This document shows positions 28,815 through 38,829 of a DNA stretch of 64,000 bases, one piece after another (the stretch's first letter is position 1; each line of letters starts with the position of its first letter). The stretch lies in the NCBI GenBank assembly GCA_963842955.1, contig CAWJIJ010000001.1, forward strand, positions 84,041 to 148,040. Reading direction: 5' to 3'. The position numbers and the translations under genes were made by a program. The notes under the pieces were generated by a model. It had not been told where the DNA came from, made no database searches, and saw only the letters and a list, made by a program, of their open reading frames with translations. The stretch comes from an uncultured Gammaproteobacteria bacterium. GTDB taxonomy: Bacteria; Pseudomonadota; Gammaproteobacteria; Steroidobacterales; XN24.

Positions 28815-29717
28815 GGGGCCTAAGGTAGTCGGCTGCGCGGAGCGCCGTCGTAAAACAATAAGCGCTGCGGCGGACAACAGCTGCAACCCGCCGTAGGCCA
28901 AGACGCTCAACAGCACCAGATCGCCAACCCGGTTGTCGCCGCCGGGGACCACTGGAAATATCGACGCTTTCAGAAGTACCCCCAGGTTGATGTTGCGCAC
29001 CACCAGTTCCATTTCGATCGCCGTCGAATCGGCGCGTGAAAGGCCGAGCAGTCTCGGCGCCAGCCAGCCCGCCAGCACCAGGATCAGCAGGAACAACAGC
29101 ACCCACAGCATGTTTTGCACACCGAACGCCTCGATATCGAGGCGGCCGGCGCTCGACGAACCGATCACAATCAGCAGGATGACAAACAGCGATGCGCCAA
29201 TGCTCCACTTGGACACGGCCGGCGCATGGCGTGGCAGGAAACGCAGGAACGCCATTCCCAGGAGCAGCGGCAAGAGCAACGTGAAGGCGATGTCCCGGAT
29301 GATTTGCGCCGCGGGCATTCGAAAGTCGCCCGGCAGGTATTCGGTGGCCAGCAGCGTCAGGATCAAGGGCGTGGTCAACAGGCACGCCAGGGTCGTGATG
29401 GCAGTAATTGAAATCGAAAGGGGCACGTTCCCGCGCGCCATGTAGGTGAAGATATTGGACGTCGTACCGCCGGGGATAGCCGCGATCAGTGCGATTCCGG
29501 CCGCTACCCCTCCGGCAATGCCGCTGAGCGAGATAAAGGCCAGGGCGAACAGGGGCACCATCAGCAACTGCATGGCCGTACCGAAGCTGAAGGCCCTGGG
29601 TTCGCGCACGATATCCCGGAAGTCGTCTGTCGTCAGCGTCGCGCCCATGCCAAACATGGCCAGGACCAGCTGCGTCGCGGCGAACCCGTATTCGTGCTGG
29701 ATATAGAAATCACCCAT
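28794..29717 (-). CDS. Bile acid:Na+ symporter (BASS) family transporter
   Basis: 307 aa polytopic protein with BASS-like blocks (FGMGATLTTDDF, AAIPGGTTSNIFTYMARGNVPLSI). Its last 7 codons and stop lie inside repeat copy B. Confidence 0.85.
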   Translation of the reverse strand: MGDFYIQHEYGFAATQLVLAMFGMGATLTTDDFRDIVREPRAFSFGTAMQLLMVPLFALAFISLSGIAGGVAAGIALIAAIPGGTTSNIFTYMARGNVPLSISITAITTLACLLTTPLILTLLATEYLPGDFRMPAAQIIRDIAFTLLLPLLLGMAFLRFLPRHAPAVSKWSIGASLFVILLIVIGSSSAGRLDIEAFGVQNMLWVLLFLLILVLAGWLAPRLLGLSRADSTAIEMELVVRNINLGVLLKASIFPVVPGGDNRVGDLVLLSVLAYGGLQLLSAAALIVLRRRSAQPTTLGPRPAGNG

Positions 29718-29944
29718 AGTTCCTTCCCTGGGGCCGGATCGCGGTGCCGACGATCACTTTACCGAGTTGTCGACAGTCGCGACATACCGCCATACGTGCC
29801 GGAGAAGAAAAGCGGATCCCTTTTTGCCTGGTGGCGGCGGGCGCTTGTGCATGCTTTCTGTCTTGCCAGGCTAGCCGGAAAAAGAACCTCGCAGCGTCGG
29901 GTCCTGTGCTTCAATACCGGCTGTTCTCGTCGCCAAAAACAATA

Positions 29945-31270
29945 ATGCATCCATCCAACCTGCTGCACAGCCGCCGGGGCCGGTTCATCGCGTTTGGAAC
30001 GCTGTATATCTCCGAGGGGATTCCGTACGGCTTCTCATCCACGGCGATGGTCATGTTCATGCGCATGGAAGGTCTGTCCCTGGAGCAGATCGGTGCTTTT
30101 GCAGCCGCGCAGCTGCTGCCCTGGGGTTTCAAGTGGGCCTGGGCGCCGCTGATCGACATCGTCAAGCTCAACCGCTTCGGCGGACGCAAGGCGTGGATCG
30201 TGTTGTGCACCACGATGATGATCGTCACCCTCATAGGCCTCGCGCTCGTAGACTTCGAGACCCACTACGAGGTGCTCATCTGGGCAGTCCTGCTGAATAA
30301 CCTGTTCTGCGCCACCCAGGATGTCGCCATCGATTCCCTGGCGGTCAGCACCCTGAAGGAAGACGAGCGCGGCACGGGCAACGGGTTCATGTTCGGCGGC
30401 CAGTACCTGGGCATCGCCCTGGGCGGCGGCGGCGCCATTTTCGTCTCCTCGATGTTCGGCTTCAACGCGTCGCTTTTCTTCATCAGTTCGCTGCTGGCCC
30501 TGACCCTGCTTTTCGCCATCGTCTTTATCAAGGACCCGGACGCGGAAGCTCCCGCCGCGGCAAAGCAGGCCCGGCCCGTCGCCCACTTTGTTGCTACCGT
30601 GAAGGATTTTGTTGTTGACGTGTACAAGAGCTTCTGGCGGTCCGGCCGCGGTCCCATGGTGGGCGTGCTGTTCGCGCTGCTGCCGACCGGCGCCATGGCG
30701 CTGGGCTACGCTATCCTCGGAACGCTCCAGGTGGACTACGGGCTGCCCCAGGCATCCATCGCCCAGATTTCTGTGATGAACACCATCGCCGGCGGGATTG
30801 GCTGCCTGATTGGCGGGACCCTCGGCGACCGGTTCGGCATCAAGCGGATGACCGCCACGTTCTACCTCATGACCACCCTGCCCACCGTGTACCTGGCCAC
30901 GAAGATTGCCACCGTCGGCCTTGCGGGAATCAGTGTCGGGGAACTCTATAGCGCCATCGTCGTGCATGGTCTTCTTTTCGGCGCGGCGTTCGCGCTGAAG
31001 TCCGCCATCTTCATGGGCTTGACCAACCCGGTCGTGGCAGCTACCCAGTTCACCGGCTACATGGCGATGGGCAACCTGGCGATCAGCATGGGGAATTTCT
31101 GGCAGGGGATGGTGGCAGAACGCCTCGGCTATGCCGTGGTTCTGTACCTTGACGCACTGGTCGTGGTGATTGCCCTTTGCGCCCTGCCTTGGCTCAAGAA
31201 CCGCGACCCGATACCTGAACTGGCCGTGGGCGAGCCGGTGGTGGAATTTACGGCGTCAGAGTCGAAATAG
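29945..31270 (+). CDS. MFS transporter, AmpG-like
   Basis: 441 aa from ATG 29945 (MHPSNLL). The YISEGIPYGFSS...LPWGFKWAWAPLID block resembles AmpG-family permeases. About 12 TM segments. Confidence 0.75.
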   Translation: MHPSNLLHSRRGRFIAFGTLYISEGIPYGFSSTAMVMFMRMEGLSLEQIGAFAAAQLLPWGFKWAWAPLIDIVKLNRFGGRKAWIVLCTTMMIVTLIGLALVDFETHYEVLIWAVLLNNLFCATQDVAIDSLAVSTLKEDERGTGNGFMFGGQYLGIALGGGGAIFVSSMFGFNASLFFISSLLALTLLFAIVFIKDPDAEAPAAAKQARPVAHFVATVKDFVVDVYKSFWRSGRGPMVGVLFALLPTGAMALGYAILGTLQVDYGLPQASIAQISVMNTIAGGIGCLIGGTLGDRFGIKRMTATFYLMTTLPTVYLATKIATVGLAGISVGELYSAIVVHGLLFGAAFALKSAIFMGLTNPVVAATQFTGYMAMGNLAISMGNFWQGMVAERLGYAVVLYLDALVVVIALCALPWLKNRDPIPELAVGEPVVEFTASESK

Positions 31271-31331
31271 CGCCAGGAGCGGTCTCTCCCCGTGGCTTGA
31301 CTGGGCTTCGGCCTTCGCCCATCGTCCGACG

Positions 31332-32492
31332 ATGATATTCGACCCAAAATCTGCGACGGCAGAGTACATCGATTCGCTCGGCGCCGAGGCGCTGACAAAG
31401 GCCGCCGAATACACGGCCGGCAATCACTGGCTCCTGTTATGGAACCTGGTGGTCAGTGGCCTGATTACCTGGGCGATCGTGCGCTGGGGCATCCTCGCGC
31501 GACTCGAGGCCAGGCTCGGCCGTCGCGGCCCGAATCTCCGTGTTTTCGTCGTGGGGTTCGTCTATTTTCTGGTGTCCGCCGCCCTGGGATTGCCCTGGTC
31601 GCTCTACGAGGAATGGTGGCGCGAACTGAGTTACGGGCGCAGCAGCCAGCCGCTGATGGATTTCCTCGGCCAGGGGGCGATCGGGATCCTGGTGTTTGCA
31701 GTTCTGGGTGCCGCGTTCTTCGTCGGTCTCTACGCCCTGATCCGACGCGCCGGATCCCGCTGGTGGATCTGGTCGGGGGGGCTTACAGCATTCGCCTTAT
31801 CCGCATTCCTGCTTGCCGCGCCGGTGTTTATCGAGCCGCTGTTCAACGACTTCAAACCGGTGCCCGATGGCGAGGTTCGTGATGCCGTTCTCGACATGGC
31901 GCAGCAGGCCGGCGTGCCCTCCGACCGGATTTTCGTCTACGACGGGTCCCGGCAGTCGAACAACTTCACCGCAAACGTGTCAGGTGTCGGGGGATCAGCC
32001 CGCATCGCGATCTCGGATGTAGCACTCAAGGGCGCATCACTGAACGAAGTCAAGGCGGTGACGGCCCACGAGATCGGCCACTACGTGCTCGGTCATGTCT
32101 GGCGCATGGTCGCCATGCTTTCAGCACTCGCGGTACTCGCGTTCTTTCTGATTGATCGGCTGTTTCCCCGCTTCGCCCATGCCTTCGGCAGCACCGCAAC
32201 GCTGGCCGATCCGTCCGGGCTGCCGGTGCTGCTGTTCATGCTTGCGGTGTTTTCGACGCTGAGCGAGCCGGTGACCAACGCGTTCATCCGCATTGGCGAG
32301 ATAGAGTCCGACCAGTACTCGCTGGAAACCGTGAATCTGCCCGATGCGCTGGCCTCGGCGCTGGTGAAGACGGCGGAGTACCGGAATCCCAGGCCCGCGC
32401 GACTACAGGAGTGGCTCTTCTATACGCACCCGTCGGTGGAGCGTCGCGTACTGAGGGCGATGCAGTGGAAGGCGCAGCACCCGTCGGATTGA
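31332..32492 (+). CDS. M48 family metallopeptidase (Ste24-like)
   Basis: 386 aa from ATG 31332. Multi-TM N-terminal part with the zinc motif HEIGHYVLGH. Confidence 0.85.
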   Translation: MIFDPKSATAEYIDSLGAEALTKAAEYTAGNHWLLLWNLVVSGLITWAIVRWGILARLEARLGRRGPNLRVFVVGFVYFLVSAALGLPWSLYEEWWRELSYGRSSQPLMDFLGQGAIGILVFAVLGAAFFVGLYALIRRAGSRWWIWSGGLTAFALSAFLLAAPVFIEPLFNDFKPVPDGEVRDAVLDMAQQAGVPSDRIFVYDGSRQSNNFTANVSGVGGSARIAISDVALKGASLNEVKAVTAHEIGHYVLGHVWRMVAMLSALAVLAFFLIDRLFPRFAHAFGSTATLADPSGLPVLLFMLAVFSTLSEPVTNAFIRIGEIESDQYSLETVNLPDALASALVKTAEYRNPRPARLQEWLFYTHPSVERRVLRAMQWKAQHPSD

Positions 32493-32980
32493 GCCTTCTC
32501 AAGGGAGCCCACTCTGCGCTCAACCGATTCGGCAACGCGTAGGTTGTCGCGCCGAGCGCCAGCAGGAGCACCGCGGGCAACGCCGGAACCGGTTTTTGGA
32601 TGGAGCCGCCTCCCCGAATTGACCGGGCCCGCGATGCCCTGTCACCCGGGTCATTACATTGCGGGCCTATGGAGAAGGATCAGCCGGATCGTCGCGGCTC
32701 AGGGGATGCCGCAGCGGATCCCGGCGCTAACGTGCGGGGATGCACTGGTTCCACACGGCAGAATGGAACTGCGCGGAGACCGGCTGGGAAACGAATGTCC
32801 CGCAATCACAGGAGTGATGGCGGGCATGAAACCGTCGCCGAATCGCGGCGAACGTTCTGAAATATGGGTAGCCATTGCGTTTACTGCTTCGTTGCCGGGT
32901 GTCTATCGCTCCCGATGGACAGCCGCCGGGTCTCGCGGATGCGCCCGGAGTCACAACTCGCAGCTGCAAGGAGGCGTCAC

Positions 32981-34975
32981 ATGTCCGACTGTGCAGCGAA
33001 TCGCGATCGTATGGTCGCCGAACAAATCGCCGCGCGAGGCGTGCGCGATCCCCGGGTACTTGCCGCGATGCGCAGCGTCCACCGGGAAGCATTCGTGCCG
33101 GCCGACATGCGCCACCTTGCGTACGAGGATACGCCGCTGCCGATCGCGGCCGGTCAAACAATTTCCCAGCCTTACATCGTGGCTTTCATGGTGGAGGCGC
33201 TGGCGCTGGGCGGCGACGAAAAGGTGCTGGAGATCGGCGCGGGCTCCGGCTATGCGGCGGCCGTTCTGGCCAATCTGGCCGATGAGATTTACACCGTAGA
33301 GCGTGTGGCTGAGCTCGCACGACATGCCGCAAGGTGCCTGCGCGAGGAAGGGTATAACAACGTCCATGTCCGGGAAGCCGATGGCACCCGCGGCTGGATC
33401 GAGCAGGCTCCCTTCGATGCAATCGTCGTATCCGCCGGCGCGCCGGTCATTCCCGAAAGCCTCAAGAGCCAGCTCGCTGTCGGTGGGCGCATGGTCATCC
33501 CCGTGGGGACAGACAAGCGCGCTCAGGAACTGATTCGCATTACTCGCCAGCCCGACGGTAATTTCACCCGCGAGGACCTGGCGGATGTGCGTTTCGTCCC
33601 GCTCATCGGTGAGCAGGGCTGGGAAGTAGACGACATGTCAGCCCCTGCTCGCGTGACCAGGTCCAGCCCGTCTGTCAGTCTCACGATGCCGGGTCTGATC
33701 TTGCGAAACAGCGAATCATTCGATACGCCGGAAGAATCCAATTTTGATGCCTTGCTGCAACGGATCGGCGATGCCCGGGTGGTCTTGCTGGGCGAGGCAA
33801 GCCATGGCACGTCGGAGTTTTACCGACTCAGAGCGTCAATTACGCAACGTCTGATCGAGGAGAAGGGATTCAATATCGTCGCGGTCGAAGCGGACTGGCC
33901 CGACGCGGCGCGGATCGATCACTACATACGCCATCGGGACACGACACCGTCGGCATGGATCGCCTTTGCACGATTCCCGACCTGGATGTGGCGCAATGCC
34001 GAGGTACGGGATTTCGTTGACTGGCTGCACGAATACAACAAGCCGCTGGATGCGCACCGGCGTGTCGCGTTCTATGGGCTCGACCTATACAGCCTGTACA
34101 CCTCCGCGCGCGCGGTCATCGAGTATCTAGAGGACGTCGACCCGGATCTTGCGGACGTGGCGCGGTGGCGTTACGGGTGTCTGAGCCCTTGGGAGGCAGA
34201 TCCCGCGGCTTACGGGCGCGCGGCACTGACCGGGCGCTACCGGAACTGCGAAAGCGAAGTCGCCCAGATCCTGGTCAGCCTGTACAAAAATCGGCAGGAG
34301 TACGCCCAAAAGGACGGCGCACGCTTTCTCGATGCCTCACAAAATGCCGCGCTTGTCACAAATGCGGAACGTTACTACAGGATCATGTATTACGGGTCCC
34401 GAGCATCGTGGAACCTGCGTGACACTCACATGTTCGACACCCTCAAGCGGGTCTTAACGTCACGGGGGCATGGCGCGAAAGCCGTCGTGTGGGCGCATAA
34501 CTCCCATGTCGGCGATGCTTCTGCCACTGAAATGTCGACTCGCGGGGAACAGAATATCGGCCAGCTTTGCCGCGAGGCCTTCGGCGGGGATTCCCGTCAT
34601 GTCGGATTCGGAACCGACCACGGCACCGTGGCCGCGGCATCCGACTGGGATGGGCCCCTGGAGATCAAAAACGTGGTTCCGGCACACAGACAAAGCTACG
34701 AGTATCTGTTCCACAGGACTGAACAGCCGGGCCTGGTCCTGTCGCTCAGGGACAACCCGAATCTTGAGCTCGTCGGCGAGCTCGCCGCCCCGCGCCTGGA
34801 ACGCGCAATCGGCGTGATCTATAGGCCGGAGACTGAAATGGCGAGCCATTATTTCGAAGCCATTCTCCCCCTGCAGTTCGATGAATATATCTGGGTGGAT
34901 CACAGCACGGCGGTATCGCCGCTGACCACGGCCGAGCTTCGAGGGGTGCCCGATACGTATCCGTTCGGCCTCTGA
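32981..34975 (+). CDS. Fusion protein: protein-L-isoaspartate O-methyltransferase domain plus erythromycin-esterase-like domain
   Basis: The N-terminal ~210 aa carry TISQPYIVAFM and the SAM motif VLEIGAGSGYAAAVLA (Pcm). The C-terminal ~430 aa carry VVLLGEASHGTSEFY and WAHNSHVGD (EreA/ChaN-like family). AAGGAGG lies 7 nt upstream of ATG 32981. Confidence 0.8.
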   Translation: MSDCAANRDRMVAEQIAARGVRDPRVLAAMRSVHREAFVPADMRHLAYEDTPLPIAAGQTISQPYIVAFMVEALALGGDEKVLEIGAGSGYAAAVLANLADEIYTVERVAELARHAARCLREEGYNNVHVREADGTRGWIEQAPFDAIVVSAGAPVIPESLKSQLAVGGRMVIPVGTDKRAQELIRITRQPDGNFTREDLADVRFVPLIGEQGWEVDDMSAPARVTRSSPSVSLTMPGLILRNSESFDTPEESNFDALLQRIGDARVVLLGEASHGTSEFYRLRASITQRLIEEKGFNIVAVEADWPDAARIDHYIRHRDTTPSAWIAFARFPTWMWRNAEVRDFVDWLHEYNKPLDAHRRVAFYGLDLYSLYTSARAVIEYLEDVDPDLADVARWRYGCLSPWEADPAAYGRAALTGRYRNCESEVAQILVSLYKNRQEYAQKDGARFLDASQNAALVTNAERYYRIMYYGSRASWNLRDTHMFDTLKRVLTSRGHGAKAVVWAHNSHVGDASATEMSTRGEQNIGQLCREAFGGDSRHVGFGTDHGTVAAASDWDGPLEIKNVVPAHRQSYEYLFHRTEQPGLVLSLRDNPNLELVGELAAPRLERAIGVIYRPETEMASHYFEAILPLQFDEYIWVDHSTAVSPLTTAELRGVPDTYPFGL

Positions 34976-34992
34976 AGCGAGTCCGGGACAAG

Positions 34993-36165
34993 ATGGAGCG
35001 GCAGTCGAAACTTGCGCGGGCCGGCAAGATCATGCTCGATTTTGCCGAGCGAACAGGCCTGTCGGGAACGGTGAGAACACCGCAACGGTACCTGTGGACC
35101 GACGCCCACGCCGTCTGCAACTTCCTTACCCTGTTTCGCCGCACGGGCGATGAGGACTTCAAGCGTCTGGCGACGACACTGATTGACCAGGTACACGAAG
35201 TGCTTGGCCAGCATCGCGAGGACGATTCTCGACAGGGATGGATAAGTGGCCTGGACGATAAGCAAGCACCGGATCACCCGACTGCGGGCGGCCTGAGAAT
35301 CGGCAAGAAGCTGAATGAGCGGGGTCCGGACGACCCGTTCGATGAGCGCCTGGAGTGGGATAGAGACGGCCAGTATTTTCATTACCTGACCAAGTGGATG
35401 CATGCACTGTGCCGCACCGCCATCGTCACCGGCGAACGGCGCTATTGCCGCTGGGCCGTCGAATTGGCAAAAGCGGCACATTCGGGGTTCGTGTTCGCAT
35501 GTTTTCCGGATGGCCAGAGACGTTTGCTGTGGAAAATGAGCATCGACCTGTCTTATCCGCTGGTTCCATCCGCCGGGCTCCACGACCCGCTGGACGGCTA
35601 CGTCACATATAACGAACTGGATTTCTGTTCCAGCCGCTGGGCCGGCAACCCGGGGTGGGCGGCGCTGGATTCCGAAATCTCCGATACAAAGGCGATGATC
35701 CGGGGGCAGCAGTGGGGCACTGATGACCCGCTCGGAGTAGGCGGCATCCTGTTTGACCTGTGCCGCTTGTTGCAGATGGCCGCCGTCGGATACCTGGACG
35801 AGCCGCGACTTTGTGCCGCGCTGCTGAGAGCGACAAACGACAGCCTTCGCAGGTTCCATGACGGGGCGTCCCTGAATCATCCGGCCAGTCACCGGCTGGC
35901 GTTTCGGGAGTTCGGCCTGGCCATAGGATTGCGGGGGATCCCGCTAATGGGCCAGATCGCCCGGAGCCACCCCGGCCTGATCACTGACGATATGCTGCGC
36001 GACCTGGGACGGGTGGGGCCATCGGTTCCGATGGCGGACGCCATTGAGGATTTCTGGCAAAGGACCCAGAGTCAGCAAGTCCCGTCCTGGCTTGATCATT
36101 GGGAGATCAACAGCACCATGCTGGCCACGAGCCTGCAACCAGCCGAATTCCTGTCCGTGACCTGA
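34993..36165 (+). CDS. Conserved-looking hypothetical protein (helical, family not recognised)
   Basis: 390 aa. Coding-like composition with no stops. It starts 17 nt after the Pcm-esterase fusion gene, so it is probably co-transcribed. I recognise no motif with confidence. Confidence 0.5.
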   Translation: MERQSKLARAGKIMLDFAERTGLSGTVRTPQRYLWTDAHAVCNFLTLFRRTGDEDFKRLATTLIDQVHEVLGQHREDDSRQGWISGLDDKQAPDHPTAGGLRIGKKLNERGPDDPFDERLEWDRDGQYFHYLTKWMHALCRTAIVTGERRYCRWAVELAKAAHSGFVFACFPDGQRRLLWKMSIDLSYPLVPSAGLHDPLDGYVTYNELDFCSSRWAGNPGWAALDSEISDTKAMIRGQQWGTDDPLGVGGILFDLCRLLQMAAVGYLDEPRLCAALLRATNDSLRRFHDGASLNHPASHRLAFREFGLAIGLRGIPLMGQIARSHPGLITDDMLRDLGRVGPSVPMADAIEDFWQRTQSQQVPSWLDHWEINSTMLATSLQPAEFLSVT

Positions 36166-36214
36166 TGCAAGGCCCCCCGGCGGATGACGTTGTTCCAGAT
36201 CCGGTCCCGGCCGG

Positions 36215-37123
36215 TCACTGACGCCGCCGGCTTGGGATCTCCTGCTCCCGCGCGGCCTTCAGGACTTCGGTCAGTACCTTGGGCTGGAACTGCCGCTTCA
36301 CCGTGATGGCGTAGAAGTTTTCGTACACCCGGGGCACAGCGCAGTACTTGTAAAGCTCCTTGCGTCTCAATTCGTCCTGCACGACCACTTCGGGCACCAG
36401 GGCGGTGCCGTCGGAATCCCGGGCCAGCAGGCGGATGGTCGCCATGTCGTCCACCTCGGCCAGGATCTCCGGTTCTACGCCGACGTCTTCGCAGACCAGC
36501 TCGAACTGGGCGCGCACGTCGCTGTTGGGCCCCGGCACAAGGAGCCGCTCCCCGGCCAGGTCCTCCGGAAAGCGAAAGCGTCGCCGTGCCCTGGGGCCCA
36601 CCAGGAAAACACGTTGCCGCGTGATCCGGCGGCAGCGCCAGGGAAGTTCCGCATCGCTGCGGACCCGAATGTTGGACAGCACCAGGTCCAGGTTGTGCAC
36701 TCCGAGACGGTCCAGCAGTTCCTGCAGGTTGCCGAACTCGACGGTGAATCGCATCCGGGGCCGACGGATTACGGGCCTCAGGAAATTGTCCAGGTAGTTC
36801 CTGGACAGGGTGGCGACCGCGCCGATTCGCAGGCGCTGCAAAGTCTCCGACGTGCCGGCGTTGACCGCGGCCACGAGTTCACTCCCGAGGGAAAAAATGC
36901 CGTCGGCATAGCTGAGCACCAGGTGACCCATCTCCGTCAGCTTCAGGGTCCGGCCCTCCCGCTCGAACAGGTCGTGGCCAACGGCTTGTTCCAGTTTGCG
37001 GATCTGCGCTGACAGGGCCGACTGGGAGACATGCAGATTGTTCGCGGCGCGGGTGAGATGGCCCTCGGAGGCCACGGCCCAGAAATACCGCAGGTGACCG
37101 TAGTTGAGACGATGAAGGTCCAT
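36215..37123 (-). CDS. LysR family transcriptional regulator
   Basis: N-terminal HTH (LRYFWAVASEGHLTRAANNLHVSQSALSAQIRKLE) plus a LysR substrate-binding domain. Divergent from dabB. Confidence 0.9.
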   Translation of the reverse strand: MDLHRLNYGHLRYFWAVASEGHLTRAANNLHVSQSALSAQIRKLEQAVGHDLFEREGRTLKLTEMGHLVLSYADGIFSLGSELVAAVNAGTSETLQRLRIGAVATLSRNYLDNFLRPVIRRPRMRFTVEFGNLQELLDRLGVHNLDLVLSNIRVRSDAELPWRCRRITRQRVFLVGPRARRRFRFPEDLAGERLLVPGPNSDVRAQFELVCEDVGVEPEILAEVDDMATIRLLARDSDGTALVPEVVVQDELRRKELYKYCAVPRVYENFYAITVKRQFQPKVLTEVLKAAREQEIPSRRRQ

Positions 37124-37150
37124 GACTTGCTCCGTCGCGTCGGGCAGATC

Positions 37151-37167
37151 GTTCTATTTTATAGAAC
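37151..37167. promoter_or_regulatory. Candidate LysR box (T-N11-A palindrome) in the lysR/dabB intergenic region
   Basis: GTTCTAT-TTT-ATAGAAC is a perfect 7-3-7 palindrome containing T-N11-A (T37153...A37165). It sits inside a locally AT-rich stretch (37150-37205). Confidence 0.45.
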
Positions 37168-37248
37168 GTAAAGTTAAAAATAATCAATTTTACTAATGAA
37201 AAAATCCGCGGCAGCATACGTGCCCTCTGACGCGAAAGGTGATCGCCC

Positions 37249-38829
37249 ATGCTGCCCATCGACCCTGTCCTGCTTGCCTGGTGCGCGCCGGCGGCTTACC
37301 TGGCCGCAGCGATGTATTCAGCGCCCGGACCCGTTCCCGGCAATGCCTGGCGGGTCGCCCAGGGCGCGGCCGGCGTAGCGGTGTTCGCGATTGTCGCGGC
37401 GGGCGCTCTTGCTGCCTGGGAGTATGCGGCCAACGGCAAGCCTGTAGACGTTCCGGGGCTCGTCGTTGCGTTGCTGATCGCCGTGCTCGGCTGGGTGATC
37501 ATTCGCTTCTCCGCCAGGTACCTTGAAGGGGAGCCGCGCCAGCGTACCTATATCGCCGCCCTGACCTTTACCCTCGCGGCTGTTTCATCGGTGGTCATCA
37601 CCAAACACCTGGGCGTCATGTTCCTCGCGTGGATCGCGAGCAGCCTCGGGCTGCATCGCCTGTTGACTTTCTACGGGGATCGCCCGGCGGCCCAGGCTGC
37701 CGCCCACAAGAAATTCATTGCCAGTCGCGCTGCGGAACTCTGCCTGCTCGCGGCCCTGGTACTCATCTACAACGAGACGAACACGCTTTTCTTCACGGGG
37801 ATCACCGATTTCGTGGTCACCCACGGCGGCCTCACTCCGGCACTGTCGATCGCCATGTTCCTCGTGGCGGTGGCGGTGATTCTGAAGACGGCGCAGCTCC
37901 CGGTGCACGGCTGGATCATCCAGGTCATGGAGGCTCCGACCCCGGTGTCCGCGCTGCTGCACGCCGGCGTGGTCAACCTGGGTGGATTCGTGCTGATCCG
38001 GCTGTCCATGTTGCTGGACGGGGCGCCGGCCGCGCAGGCGCTACTGGTCTGTGTCGGCGGGCTGACCGCGCTGCTGGCCGGCCTTGTGATGATGACACGG
38101 GTGAGCATCAAGGTCCGGCTGGCCTGGTCGACCTGCGCTCAGATGGGTTTCATGCTCATGGAGTGTGGCCTGGGCCTGTACGAACTCGCCTTTCTGCATC
38201 TGGTGGCCCATTCGTTTTACAAGGCTCATGCATTCCTGACTTCGGGAGATGCGGTCCTGGAAACGCGCCGGCGCTCGCTCGCCGGACGGTCCCCCGAATC
38301 CTCTCCGCAGCGCCAGCTGGCCCGGCAGCTGCTGGCCATGCCGTTGGCCATCGGCCTGGTATGGCTCAGTGCCGGCGCCTGGCAAATGGCCGCGTCCGTC
38401 GAGCCGCTTCCCTGGGTCGTGACCTTGATCGTCGGCCTGGGCCTTGCGCCACTGCTCTGGGCCCGTCGAGGCCCGGGCCTGGCCTCGGAGCTTCGCGGCG
38501 TGCTGGCGGTCCTTGTCCTGACCCAGGTCTACCTCGTGGTCCACAAGCTGTTCGGCATCATGCTCCCCGCCGGCGGCGAGCATTCCCCACTGCTGTTTGC
38601 CTGGGCGGCCGCCTGCATGGTGACCCTGTACGGCGTGCAGTCCTGGATCGAGGCCTACCCCCGGGGCGCCTTGTCGCGAACGCTGCATCCCTGGGCCTAC
38701 GCAGGATTTCACCTAGACGAGTACTTCACGCGCCTGAGCTTCCGGCTCTGGCCCGTCCGGATACGCGAGATCCCCGCCGAGGCGGCCCCTGCCCCGGCCG
38801 ATGAGAGTTTCGCCAGGAGACCCGCATGA
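37249..38829 (+). CDS. dabB: DabB, proton-conducting membrane subunit (NuoL/Mrp-like, PF00361 type) of a DAB inorganic carbon pump
   Basis: 526 aa polytopic protein with a NuoL/MnhA-like core (PVHGWIIQVMEAPTPVSALLHAGVVNLGGF). It overlaps dabA by 4 nt (ATGA). Confidence 0.8.
   Translation: MLPIDPVLLAWCAPAAYLAAAMYSAPGPVPGNAWRVAQGAAGVAVFAIVAAGALAAWEYAANGKPVDVPGLVVALLIAVLGWVIIRFSARYLEGEPRQRTYIAALTFTLAAVSSVVITKHLGVMFLAWIASSLGLHRLLTFYGDRPAAQAAAHKKFIASRAAELCLLAALVLIYNETNTLFFTGITDFVVTHGGLTPALSIAMFLVAVAVILKTAQLPVHGWIIQVMEAPTPVSALLHAGVVNLGGFVLIRLSMLLDGAPAAQALLVCVGGLTALLAGLVMMTRVSIKVRLAWSTCAQMGFMLMECGLGLYELAFLHLVAHSFYKAHAFLTSGDAVLETRRRSLAGRSPESSPQRQLARQLLAMPLAIGLVWLSAGAWQMAASVEPLPWVVTLIVGLGLAPLLWARRGPGLASELRGVLAVLVLTQVYLVVHKLFGIMLPAGGEHSPLLFAWAAACMVTLYGVQSWIEAYPRGALSRTLHPWAYAGFHLDEYFTRLSFRLWPVRIREIPAEAAPAPADESFARRPA

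Noticed and set aside
32493-32980. 490-bp intergenic region upstream of the Pcm-esterase fusion, containing ORFs 32544-33299 and 32600-32860
   Set aside because: The translations are low-complexity and overlap the well-supported downstream gene in other frames. I could recognise no RNA motif or repeat by eye.
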